A stretch of 64,000 bases of DNA. It comes from Cycas panzhihuaensis. Lineage: Eukaryota > Plantae > Cycadophyta. The stretch lies in the NCBI GenBank assembly GCA_023213395.1, contig CM041465.1, forward strand, positions 210,125,741-210,189,740, in the 5' to 3' direction. Positions 1 to 12,533 of the stretch are shown piece after piece. The notes under the pieces are model-generated. The model worked only from the letters and a program-made list of their open reading frames with translations, did no database searches and was not told where the DNA came from. How positions within the stretch are numbered: the first letter of the stretch is position 1; each line of letters begins with the position of its first letter. The translations under genes were made by a program, and so were the position numbers.

Positions 1-150
1 ATGATCAACTCCTTTGTATTCCTATCTTTGTAATAAATTAATACAAAAGTTATATGTACACACTCATTTTTTAATACATTAATAGAAATATGCAAGTTTT
101 AGTGTGATTTATTTTGTTTTTGTTATTTTTGAATGTGTACATTGTTAACA
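1..150 (+). repeat. 3' part of the 5' LTR
   Basis: Direct repeat of 2882-3030, followed by the PBS. Confidence 0.9.
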
Positions 151-152
151 TT

Positions 153-163
153 TGGTATCAAAG
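153..163 (+). promoter_or_regulatory. Primer binding site, tRNA-Met(i)
   Basis: TGGTATCAAAG versus consensus TGGTATCAGAG, 2 nt after the LTR end. Confidence 0.85.
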
Positions 164-706
164 TGAGTTTTGAGAGGCAACCATCCTCCTTCTTAGGATA
201 GCACCTCTCAAACCTTGGGTGTGTATGTTTTATCCATAAGCATAAAGATATTATACTTGCCATATAGTTTTTTTGTTATTTTTTTTTTGCTTACTTTACC
301 TCTTTGGAGTAGTTGATTGTAGAGAATGCCAGGGTTTCATAAATTTCATTTAATTCCACTAAATTAATCAAATGGATCAACATCTAAACTATAGGAAATT
401 CCACTAGGCATCATGTGTCAGTCTAGAATGTAATTTGTTCAACTCTTATTGGTGCATTTTATGATGTTTTCTATTTTCTAAAACTTGAATGAACCTTTCT
501 AGTAAAATTTGCCTAAAGTTTTGGATTTCAAGATTAAATTTCTAAATTTCAATTATTTTTTCCCATCGTTAAGATTTATTTATGAGCGGGATGCATTGTG
601 CACTTAAGTCAACTATCTGGTCATTAGAAGTCATTAATTAGGGTTTCAAACCACTTACCTACATTTTGCCCTAATAATTTCTTCTATTTTATCTAGAGAA
701 ATACAA

Positions 707-981
707 ATGGCAAGTAGAATAAAGGAAGACAAGAAGAATGGGAAGATTATACATAGTCCTCTCAAGCTTAATGCCAATCATAGATGTATTAACTATAATA
801 GCCTAGGACCCCAATACATCTGCACTAATTTTTGGACATTTGTTTGCACAATTTATAGTGGGATTCATTGGGAATTCACATACCATGTGAAATCCATATC
901 CATAGTGAAATCTACCTTACAAGAAGTGAGTTCTCTTTAAGCAAGAGTTTTATGAGAGTGCATAAGAGTTATTTTAGGAAA
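707..981 (+). pseudogene. AGD14: Captured intronless fragment of an ArfGAP AGD14/NIG-like gene (N-terminus, probably with 5' UTR from ~640)
   Basis: MASRIKEDKKNGKIIHSPLKLNANHRCINYNSLGPQYICTNFWTFVCTIYSGIHWEFTYHVKSIS matches the family N-terminus M.NR.KEDE.NE.IIRGLLKL..NRRCINCNSLGPQYVCT.FWTF.CT.CSGIHREFTHRVKS.S. Two zinc-finger Cys are mutated and there is a stop at 938-940. Confidence 0.9.
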
Positions 982-1206
982 ATTTCAGTAGATAACACTG
1001 TACCTATTTGGTATAACATGGCTGCCCAAGTTCTTATGAAAATATTGATTTTCTCTTTCTAGATGAATCTAAATGTTGATGATGAAAAGGGAGGAGAGAT
1101 TATCTTTAGAGGTGTTGATCCAAATAATTTTAAGGGTGAACACACATTTGTGCCTATTATGCGTGAGGGTTATTGGCAATTTGACATAGGAGACGCTCTC
1201 ATTGAT
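973..1206 (+). pseudogene. Captured intronless internal fragment of a phytepsin-type (A1) aspartic protease
   Basis: [77 protein letters not shown] matches F.EISVG.AVPVWYNM..QGL...VFSFWLNR....EGGE.VFGGVDP.HFKG.HTYVPVT.KGYWQFDMGD. Confidence 0.92.
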
Positions 1207-1243
1207 AGATTAGTGTAAATATTCATTCTCTATTATACATTAA

Positions 1244-1911
1244 ATGGCTTTCATTGTAGCTCTCTATGCCATGCCTATGGTTGTTATAGATAATTCTCAA
1301 GTGAATCCATCTTTGAAGAAATTCGATGGCATGAGAATTGGCCATGTATTTAATAGGAAGAAAGAGACTCCTTTTCCCATATTCAAGTCAGTCAGCAAAG
1401 TTAATATGGCTATTGTGGCAAATGTTTCCTATTTTGAGGTGTTGACCATGGCTCTACCAGATCCAATCTTGGGTGTTTCATAAGTATTTAAAGTAGACAC
1501 AAATGATTTAAAGCTTAATCTTGGTGTGGGTGCCTACAAAACAAAAGAACTTCATCCTTATGTGCTGAATGTGGTAACAAAGGTAGAGAAGTTGATATTG
1601 GAAAAAGGAGAAAATAAAGAGTATCTTCCCATTGAATGGTTAGCTACATTCAATAAAGTTACTACATAATTATTACTAGGAGCAAACATCTTGCAATCAA
1701 AGAAAGAAGGGCTACAATAGTGTAAAGCCTTTCAAGAACTAGCTCTCTTCACCTTATTACCACATTAGTCCAAAGATATTTTCCTAGAGATAAAAAGTTC
1801 TATTCTCATCTCCAACTTGGGGGAATCACAAAAACATTTTCAATGATGCTGGGGTTCCTTAGTTAGAGTATAAATACTATGATCTCAAAACCGTTGGGCT
1901 AGATTTTGAAG
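1244..1911 (+). pseudogene. ASP5: Captured intronless fragment of plastid aspartate aminotransferase (transit peptide plus N-terminal part)
   Basis: Reads ...TMALPDPILGVS*VFKVDTNDLKLNLGVGAYKTKELHPYVLNVVTKVEKLILEKGENKEYLPIE...[34 protein letters not shown], with stops and frameshifts. Confidence 0.93.
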
Positions 1912-2696
1912 AATTTTTTAGGGAGGTGAAAGCAAAACATTTATTTGATGTTTAGGAGTTTATGAACTTGTGTAACTTGTTGGGAACACCATAGCTCTAG
2001 ATTTCATTATTTATCAGTATTTTTGGATGGCTATATTAGGACCTAACATATTGTAGTTCCTCCTATATTTATTATACTATTATCATTGTTACTATTTTAG
2101 TAGCATGTTTGAATGATTTATAATTTTGTAGACGTATTTTCTATATTGCATTTTATTTTAGTTTATGCTAGATGTAGATATAATATTTTTAGGTTTGGAG
2201 GCACAAAAAATTTATCATTCTTATTGCCTTTTATCATGCTGTAATAGTTTGGAGGCACAACTAATTTGCTCTCCATATTACCATTAGTAATGGCACTTTT
2301 CCTTCTTATGAAAGATGGCATACTTCCTTTATATATTTATTTTATAGCTAGTGTTTTACCTAATGAGTGTATTAATGGTTGTATTTCTCCTTATATATAG
2401 CAGTACAGATGTTTGACAAAATGTCTAACTTTATGGTATGTATCTAGTTAGGTAGTTCGATATGGTCCTAAGATACGTGCCAGATTGAGATTTACTCCAT
2501 GCTGATGAACCACGTATATGAAGACATTGCCTAGACAACTAGTGGATGTTACAACTAGTCACCCATGTGATCTAATGGATGGTGATATCTTTATAGGATG
2601 TCATCAACTTTTTCCAATGAATTAGATTAATGGTTGAAGAATATAAATTATATTTAATACAATTTTTTATTATAAAAATTAAATATTATGAGGAGA

Positions 2697-3030
2697 TGTT
2701 AGAAGATAATATTTAATTTTAGGTTAGATATTTAATGTCTTAGGTTAAGGGTCCTTTAGTCATTGTTGTGGTTAGTTACAACTTAATGTTATGACTTCTA
2801 TATATGTGAGGTCATTTATTCTCATACTATTTTATAACGTATTTATATATTGATCATATAAGATGTCATGTGTCATCTTACATGATCAACCCCTTTGTAT
2901 TCCTATCTTTGTAATGAATTAATGCAAAAATTATATGTACACACTCACTTTTTAATACATTAATAGAAATATATCATTTTTTGTATGATTCATTTTATTT
3001 TTGTTATTTTTAGTGTGTACATTGTTAACA
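2697..3030 (+). repeat. 3' LTR (334 bp, TGTT...AACA)
   Basis: Follows the purine tract and matches 1-150. Confidence 0.85.
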
Positions 3031-5620
3031 ATGTTTATATATTTTCTAAGGATATTTATCATTGTTTTCCTTGATACATTATAATCTATAGTAGGATATG
3101 GGAGAAACACCTTCAACACCTAAAATTAGTATTATCAACACTAAGTACCAATAAAAATTTGTATAAAGAGATCTGAATGTAGCTTTGAGAGACAAATATT
3201 ACACTACTTAGGGCATATAACATCTCAAGAAGGGATAAAGATTATTTTGACTAAGGTACATACCATTATTGATTAACTAACTCAAAAGAATATCTCAAAG
3301 GTTTAAGGAGTTTTAGGACTTATTAAGTATTATTGAAAATTCATGAAGGGATATGCCAAAAATTCTAGGGCCATTACTAGATCCATGTAAAATGAATAGG
3401 TTCAAGTAGGGGGAAACAACAAATCAAAGTTTTACTAAGATTAAGAAAGTGATTAGTATTTCTCCAGTATTGGTAATACCATTTTTTTACAACTATTCAC
3501 AGTAGAATATGATACCTTAGGGATAGGAGTTAGGAAAACCCTCCTTTATAATGATCAACTAATTATGTCTAAAAGTAGGAAACTAAGCTTATAGGAATAA
3601 GCCAAGAATACATATAACAAAGAAATGTTGGCCATACTTCATGCGCTAGCTAAATGATGACATCACTTGCTTGGAAGTAAGTTCATAGTCAAGATTGATT
3701 ACCAAAGTTTTGAATACTTCTTATCATAATCTAATCTATCTAAATAATAGTAAAATTAGGTTTGTAAAATCTAAGACTATGACTTTGAGATATAATGCAA
3801 AAAGGGCAAAGAAGCTATCATAGTAGATGCTCTCTAAAGGAAATATAGAAAAGGAAAATATGAAACATTAATAGTCGCATAACCCACATGGGTAGAAGAA
3901 CTCCACTAAGCATATGCAAGCAACTTAAAATTTATTAGAAGGATTGAACAATGTAAAGAAGAAACAACCTAGCAAAATTAGAAGACTAATGACAACAACC
4001 TAATGTATAAAGGTAGAATATAAATCCCAAAGGACCCAAAATTTAGGGAAAGGCTGCTAAAGGAATTCCACTAGACTTTGCTAACAAGACATCCTAGGTT
4101 TTCTAAAATATATGAAAGGATAAGAAGATCATTTTTCTGGAAAAGGATGAAATAAGACATCTAAATATTCATAGCAAAGTGTAAGATATATTATAAATAA
4201 AAAATTGAGTACACATAATACCCTAAATTGTTACAACCTATATCAATTCCACAATAGAAATAGAAAGAGATTTCAATGGATTTTATTATAGGCCTACCCA
4301 AGCTAGAGGGGAAGGACACCATATTAACAGTAGTGGATTGCCTCACGAAATATAGTCACTTTGTACCTATGTAATTTGACTTCAATGCTCTTTGAGTAAT
4401 AAAAATATTTATGAAGAATATATGTAAACTTCGTAGGTTTCTTAAGAAGATCATATTTAATAGAGATACTAAATTTACTAGTAACTTGTAGAAATAACTA
4501 TTTAAATTAATAAGAATAGAGCTTGCTATGAGAATTACATACCATCCTCAAACAAATCAAACAAACAAAGGTTGTTAAAAAACGTTTAAAAGCATACTTA
4601 CACTATTTTGCAAGAGACAACTAGACTAAGTAGGTAAAATGGATTCATCTACTAAAATATTGGTAGAATATAACTTATGATGCAATAATCCAGAGATCCC
4701 CATTCATGGCATTATATAGCTACTAACTTCTAATAGAAATTGACTATATCTAAGTAATTACATGAGTACTTGTTGCTTAAGAATTAATCCAACAGTCTTA
4801 TTAGATATTTAAAGAATTAAAGAATAATTATAATAATATAAATGATAGGATGAAATAACAGGCAAATCAACACTTATTTGAGCACTCTTTTGACATTAGA
4901 AATTAGGTATATATACATCTAGAACCCTATAAGTAAGTATCACTACCATAGTAAGAAAATTTTAAACTCAATTTGTGATTTTATGGGCTTTACCAAATCT
5001 AAAGGAGTGTAGAGGAAGTGGCACATACCCTCAACTTATAACGTCAAGGTAGGATTCATAATGTCTTCCATGTTTCTAGTTTAAACAAAAAGTTAGGTCC
5101 TAATATTAGTCTTACCACTAAGTTACCAATCATGAATGGAGGAGGAAAGATTATACTTGAACCTTAAACCATTATTGAAATGCAGTAAAGACAACTTAGA
5201 TCTTGGACAATAATTGAATACTTAATTAAATAGAAAGGCTTACCAAGAAAAGAAGCAATATAAAATTCATAAGATCTTATCAACAACCACCTTGAGCTTT
5301 GTGGAAAAAACTCCTTTCTTAATAAGGGAGGGCATATTATTTTTTTATAATCCAAGAAAATATGAATTCCAAATAGTATTAAAAAGAATTAAAATAAATC
5401 TTAATCTTAGAAGATACCAACTTCACATGGTATTAAATAGGATTAAAATAATATAACAAATTACTATATAAAGGCTTACCCGTTAGGCTTTATGATCATG
5501 AGTTTATTTTGATTTGAAATTTATTCCTTTGGGTACCCTTAAGGACAAGGATGCTCTTTCTATGGTTTTTTATTGTAATTAAAGTAATTTTCTTTCTATT
5601 TTAGTTTTGAGTTCATCACA
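3031..5620 (+). mobile_element. Degenerate Ty3/Gypsy chromovirus: RT C-terminus, RNase H, integrase, chromodomain, 3' LTR (~5335-5620)
   Basis: Remnants of FIIVFLD/IYS..W.KHLQH (RT), YNKEMLAILHAL (RH), [11 protein letters not shown] (INT), IEYLIK*KGLP (chromodomain); PPT AAGGGAGGGC at 5324-5333. Interrupted in RT by the 1-3030 element. Confidence 0.85.
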
Positions 5621-5639
5621 ATAGTTATAATTGGGCAAT

Positions 5640-5875
5640 TCACAACATAATATAAAAGCTACCATCTGAAGCATGCTTAGGTTTCTAACTTTACTTACCC
5701 ATAGAACTAGCCATGCCACAACAAAAGCTTAGGTCAATAGAAGAGGTTAAATAAGAAGCAAAAAAAATTCTTAGAGAATAACTGATAAATGCAAAAGCAA
5801 GTACATAATATATTATTAAAAAGCCAACAAAAATATAGGGAAATATATGACTTACATTGATAAGATCATGATTTC
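5640..5875 (+). mobile_element. Degenerate Gypsy integrase, left part (split by a LINE)
   Basis: Continues after the LINE TSD at 21155 into GPF-type integrase sequence. Confidence 0.55.
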
Positions 5876-7937
5876 TTTTTTTTGATATGGTATAAAATGA
5901 AGGGGTTTAAAAAAGGACCCAACCCTACTATATAATATGCCTCTTAGCTATCAAAACAACTATGAAAAGCTCATGGCCTAGCTATCCTCTACCCTCAAAA
6001 GCCCTACCTAACCCATCCCTACCACGACAAGCCCAATGGTTAGATCTAATCCCCCACATCGGAAATGACTTCTAAATCTTTTTTAACTAGACTCAAAATC
6101 TCTTCTGGGACCTCATCTCTCTATACCCAAGTCCCCTTATGTATTACCCCCCAGTTAGCCAATTTATCAACTACACCATTCCCTTCTCTATAAATGTGTT
6201 TCACCTGAACACTCTCTCTACCCTTAAGGGATTCTTAGGCATCTCTAATCATAGTTGTAACTTTCCAATCAGATTCTACCTCTCCTCTAAGCATATTTAT
6301 CATATTTAATGAATCTCCTTCTATAATCAATATATTAAAGACTTCCTCTAGGGCCATTTCCAGTGCCCTCTACATAGTTACTAACTTTGCCTTATGGTTT
6401 ATTTGCTGCCCATAATACTCTGCAAAAGCCCATATGACTCCCCCTTTCAAGTTATTGCATATACCATCTCTTCCTATCTCCATTGGATTTTCTTTAGTTG
6501 CCCCATCAAAATTAATTTTCACCCAATTATCTAGGGAGGAACCCAGGTGCATTGCCTACTCACTCCCATGATAACTTTAGGCCTCCATATCCTCCAATTC
6601 TCCAATACAATTCCTTTTAACTCTAATTTAAAATTCTCTTATTTGACATTAACTATCTCCACCATCATAACACAGATAATTCCATGGAGCCTAACTTCAT
6701 CCATTTGCTTCTCTTGAAATATTCTTCTATTTCTCTCCTTTTATAAATTCCACATCAACATTGGCAAGGAAATTTGCCAAATATATACCACAATCCTACA
6801 TTTGAAGGGGCTTTTTCAAGACATCACCTGCTCTTTGAGTGTTCTCAGGAACACCCACTCCATGCCAAATTGGACCCAGATAAACTTCCAAATGTTCCTA
6901 AAGTAAGAGCAATGAAGAAGGATATGATCCGTTGAGTCCTCACCCTCCTGATATAACACACATCTATTGACCATCGCGAAGTCCCTCTTCTACAAAGTAT
7001 TCATAGTCAAAATTTTATTCCTCAAGCATAACCACAAAAAGATTGCCACTTTGGGAATCAATCCAATTTTCCATACTCCTTCTAATAAAGGGTTCTTAAG
7101 AGCCGCCCCCTCTTGACAAATAAAAGGACACTCTTTTTTCACCATATAATTCCTAGAAGGGGAGAGGGGCTACATTATAGAATCAACCTCATCTATTTTG
7201 GAATATAACATAAAGCTATCTCTTTTTTAAGGGCTTCTATATAATCCCTTATACCTTGATCCCCCTGCAATTCCTCAAAAGTTCTATAGCTCTTGGTCTG
7301 ATCTTGTCCTACTAAGTAATCTTTGACCTTTACTCCATAAGTTCTCTCACATAGGTCTTGCATAGGACCCATATCTGGCCTCCTTTTCAACTGAATATGA
7401 CTGCACCACATGTCTTCTTAGAAATTTATAGTAGCTCTATCCCCCTAGTTCCATTGCACTCCTGAAACAAGTATCTATCTCGATTGAAGCATACTTCTCC
7501 ATATTAGAGATCTTGATGAAACCACAGTATCATCCTTTAAGATTTTCTTTCCCCAAAGATATTTTTGGGATATAATTCTTTTCCATAGCCCTCCTTCTTT
7601 CTTAGCAAAAGGCCACCCTAATTTTACCACTAGGGCACTATTAAAAGAGGCCAGTCTTCAGATATTCAAACCACCTGTCCATTTGGTGAGGCAACCTTTC
7701 TCCCATGCCACTAGATGGATCTTATCCTTCTCCTCAACTCTAGACCAAAGGAATATTTTCTGAATGGATTTTAGAGTCGATATAACTTTAGACAGGATCC
7801 TAAATATTTACATCATATATATTAGAATACTTTAGAGTAAAGCAGATAATAGTTGGGCCTTGTTCACTTGACTTAGTAGGAAACCCTTCCACCGAGCCAA
7901 CTTCCTCTACATCTGATCTATGATAGGGTTCCAAATC

Positions 7938-8286
7938 AGATGGAGCTTGGGGAGTAGAGTGAGACTTTAGAACAAACGCATTTTGAGTATAATAGTGATT
8001 TTCGATAGTTGGCGGTATTGATAAACACTTGGGAGGTATTCCCATCCCTTAAATAATGAATTCCGGGGAGGCATCGAGTGGCATCACCCTAGCTGCATAT
8101 TAACTAATGTAAATTCAAAATATATTAAAAAATTAACAATAATAAATGAAATACGTACCTCAAGAAAGTGGTGTTAGGTCTAGGCAGCTATTGAGTGGCT
8201 CAAGGTGCCCTAGGGGCCCCTTAAAGGTGGCTTTGAGGGGCCCTAAGTGCACATGTGCACATACCACATTGGGATTATTCCCAACA
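7938..8286 (-). repeat. Copia 3' LTR
   Basis: About 89% identical to 16809-17156 by manual count. Confidence 0.93.
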
Positions 8287-8299
8287 TTCTCCCCCATAA

Positions 8300-11200
8300 G
8301 CCCAATGTGTATGACTCCCAAATTGTCTTTGAATTTCTCAAATTTGATTTTCCCAAAGCCTTCGTAAAAATATCTGCTGTTTGATTTTCTGTGTTGTAAT
8401 AAGTCAACTCTATCTCGTCTACTTGTACAAGTTCCAGAATGAAGTGGCATTGAGTTTTAATATGCTTTGTTCTGCCATGGAATACTGTATTTTTGGCCAT
8501 TTGAATAGCGCTTTGATTGTCACACCAAATTCTAGTGGGACCTTGCTATTTAATTTGAAAATCCTGTAAAAGTCTTCTTAACCATATTGATTCATAGGCT
8601 CTTGACACTGCAACTTTATACTCTGCTTCGGCTGTGGATAAGGAAACAATATTTTGTTTCTTTGTACTCCAAGCTACCGCTGCTGATCCCATACTAAATA
8701 CATAACCTGTGGTAGATTTTTTATCATCGACATCACCAAATTTAATCAATCTGTAACTAGTTAACTGAAATTTAGATGTAGCTTTGTAGTATAACCCAAT
8801 ATCTGGAGTCCCTTTAAGGTATCTAAGGATTCTTTTAGCAGCTTTCCAATGAGATATCTTTGGATCCTGCATAAATCTAGACACAACACTTACCAAATAT
8901 GTTATATTAGGTCGAGTAGAAGTTAAATATATTAGGCTGCCAATCAGTTGTCTATAGAGAGTGGGATCAACCGAAGTCAAGTCATCTGTCTTAGAAAGTT
9001 TGATTCCAATTTCTGCTGGTATTGTCAATGGTTTATAGTTTGTCATTTTGAATCTTTGTAGAAGATCTAATATATATTTACATTGAGAGATAAATATTCC
9101 TTATTTATCTTGCTAAACTTCTAATCCTAGGAAGTAATGCATAAGGCCTAAGTCTGTCATCTCAAATTCCTTACACATAGCATCTTTAAATTGATTTAAA
9201 AGATAGGAGTCATTTCCAGTATAGATTAAATCGTCCACATAGAGTCCTATAATCAATATCGAATTTCTCTTAATTAAGGTGTATAGATTTGGATCTGCTT
9301 GAGATCTTTCAAACCCTTGATCTTTAAGATACTTGTCTATACGGGAATACCAAGCCCTGGGTGCTTGTTTTAGACCATATAGTGCATTCTTTAATTTGTA
9401 CACTTTGTTTTCTTCCCCCCTGGCTTCAAAACCAAGAGGTTGAGTGACATAAATATCTTCTTTGACATAACCATTTAAGAAAGCACTTTTTACATCCATT
9501 TGATAAACTTTCCAACCCATTTGGGCAGCTAAACTTCATATCATGCGAATAGATTCTATCCTACCGATTGGGGCAAATGTTTCTATATAGTCTATGCCTT
9601 CTCTTTAGGCATAACCTTTAGCAACTAAACGAGCTTTATATTTATCAATGGAGCCATCGGAGTGGAACTTAGTCTTATAGACCCATTTGGTTCCAATAGC
9701 TTTCTTCTTTGGTGGTAAATCTACAAGTTCCCAAGTATCATTCTTAATGATAGACTTATATTCCTCTTTCATGGCCTTCTGCCAGCATTCATATTGTTTG
9801 GCCTCATCAAAGGTTTGAGGATCATGAGTTTCGAATAGCTCACTCATTAGGGCAAAGTTGACCTTTTGTGAGCATGTAGATCTTCTATTGTTATCTAATA
9901 TATTTCCTAAGTTATGGTTACGTTGAACCCATTTGGGTAGATGTTGTGATAGAGGTTGAGATGATGTTTCTTCCCTAGTGGGTTCCTGAATATTTCGCCA
10001 CATAGGAGGCACATAATTAGATTTATTTGATGTGTCAAATTTAATGGCAATGTCCTTCTGTTGTTCTTGATTATTTTGGTAGTAGTTTTCTTCTTGAAAT
10101 TTGATGTCCCTACTGACTATAACTTTTCTTGATTTCAGATCATAAATTTGTAGGATTTTGATGATTCACTATATCTAATAAAGATACTTTTGATACTATA
10201 GTCATCCAATTTAGTTCTTCTTTGGTCAGGAACATGGGCATAGGCTAAACATCCAAATTCCCTAAGGTGATGTATACTAGGTTTATAACCGGTCCATGCT
10301 TCTTCTAGAGTTTTCCACCTAAGTGTTTTGGTGGAACATCTATTAAGTAGGTAGACGACTGTATGAACTGTTTCAGCCCAAAAATCATGGCCAAAGTTTT
10401 TATCTTTAAGCATACATCGTGTCATTTCTACGATAGTTCTATTTTTCCTTTCCACTACACCATTTTGTTGTGGGGTGTAAGGGTTGGTAAGTTGTCTCCT
10501 AATCCCATGATGGATACAATAATCCCTGAAAGTATTAGAGGTAAACTCTCCCTCATTATCTGATCTTAGAGAAACGATATGATATCCACTTTGTCGCTCA
10601 ACGAAGGTTTTGAAGTCAACAAAGTGGTCGAAAGCATCAGATTTATATTTTAGAAAGAACACCCATGTCTTTCTTGTAAAGTCATCAATAAATGTGAGAA
10701 AATACTTGGCACCTGCCAATGAGGGAGTAGTCATTAGTCCATAAATATCTGTGTATACTAGTTGAAGTGGGGCAAACACTCAATGGCTAAAATCCAGAAA
10801 GCTTTCTCTATGTTATTTGCCAAGAAGGCATCCCTCACATAACTCTTTATTGACATCAATAGGTGGTAAACCATTAACCATATCTAATCTTTTCATAAGA
10901 GATAAACTATTGTAGTTAAGATGACCAAAATGTCGAAGTCATAAATCACTATCCATAGTAGTTGAGGTTCTAAGGGCATAGGTATCTGAAGGGGTGAGGG
11001 TAAGCTTAAATAAATGATCTTTAGTCATTATACCTCTAGCAACAATAGCTTTATTTTTTCTTTTATTTTTGATGACATATTCACCATTGTTAAAAATCAC
11101 CTTATAATCTTATCCCATCATCTGTCCTACCGATAGTAAGTTTTTCCTTAAAGCAGGGACATATAGAACATCATTCAAGTATCTATATTCATTAATATCA

Positions 11201-12533
11201 GTCAACAAGGCAATGTTACCTTTCCCAATCGATTCACGAGAAGTATTGTCTCCAAACATGATTGACCCCTTTTTATTTTTATCTAAAGTTTGAAATAAAT
11301 TTTCTTTATGGATCATGTGGATTGAGCAACCTGAATTAATATACCAACTATCATCCTCTTCTTCCTTGGCGAAAAAACTAGATAGAAATAACCTATTATT
11401 AATTTTAGATTCTGATGAATTTGATGCATGTCCTCTAAGGGGTGGTCCATGTTTTGAAAAATATTTATCTTCAGTGTGACCATTTTTATGACAATAAGTA
11501 CAATATAATTGATCTCTTTTTTCATAACCGAGGCTTCGACTCCTTGAGTGAGAATGATTAATATTGAAAGATCTCCCACTTTCCTCATAGAATTGATGAG
11601 GGTTGTGTCTTAGTTGGTTATCATGATAGTTTTGAGTTAATCTTAAAGGTTATGAATTCCTATGACAATGCAGACAGCAAGGATGATTCTCAACTTGTCT
11701 TCATTGGTTGGGATTTCTTAGAGCATTAGAATTTCTTGGAGGGTTTTCATATTGTTGGGGTCCTCCTTGTTTATTTTGGTGAGGGGCTCGATATCGTGGA
11801 GGATCTTGTCTAGGTTCGTTTCTAGGATTTCCATCTTTTCTCATTGGAGGAGATTCCTTTTGTTTTGAGGTTCCTACTTGAGGGTTAGATTGAATGCAGG
11901 TCTTTATAGCAAATGCATGTTCTAAAGTTTCATTTGCATTTTGTTGCTCTTCTATAGACATGAGCATAGCACTAAGTTGTTCTACTTTGAGGGAGCTTAC
12001 ATCTTTTGATACGCTAATACTAGTAGCTACCATTTCAAAATGTCTTACAGCTCCTACACATCTAAGGATTCTTTCAGCTACCCTTTGTTTGGTTAGGGTA
12101 TCCCTAAGTGACCTCATTTGGTTAACGATATCTTGGACTTTGGTCATGAATTCAGTTACTGATTCATGAGGCATCATACGTAAATTTTAAACTTACTTCT
12201 TAAGTTTTATAATTTAGAGGAGGCGGCTCCTTCATATATAAGTTGTAAAGTGTCTTAAGCCTCCTTGGACTTAACGAATTCACTGACTCGTAGAAATACA
12301 TGATCTTCTAATGCACAAAAGATAAGAGCTAATGCTTCGTTATCCTTTTTTATATTTTCTTTGTATGTAACTTTTTCTGCATCAGTTAGATTTAGTCCAA
12401 ATTCATTGTAACTGGTTCTCACTATATCCCACATGTCGTTTGCTATGAGGATGGGCCTCATCCTCTTACTCTAGTTAAGAAAATTATTTCCATCAAATTT
12501 TGTGATAATCATGTTCCCAAAACTAGCCGTCAT
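8300..12533 (-). pseudogene. Copia gag-pol (gag/UBN2, protease, GAG-pre-integrase, integrase, RT, RNase H), disrupted
   Basis: Starts MTASFGNMIITKFDGNN; motifs LRKNLLSVGQ, FIDDFTRKTW, TPQQNGVVERKNRT, YKARLVAKG, QMDVKSAFLNG, LYVDDL, STAEAEY, ADIFTKAL; several stops and frameshifts. Confidence 0.95.

Larger units (their letters stand above)
1..3030 (+). mobile_element. Non-autonomous LTR retroelement (TRIM/LARD-like) with host-gene cargo; 5' LTR cut by the window edge
   Basis: 1-150 is about 88-90% identical to 2882-3030, both ending TGTTAACA. Met-tRNA PBS at 153-163; purine tract TGAGGAGA at 2689-2696; no gag/pol motifs inside. Confidence 0.9.

Noticed and set aside
2495-2535. CTGATGA...GAAGAC resembling a hammerhead ribozyme core (retrozyme idea)
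   Set aside because: No GAAA box, stems do not close without several assumed mutations, and it lies outside the LTR.
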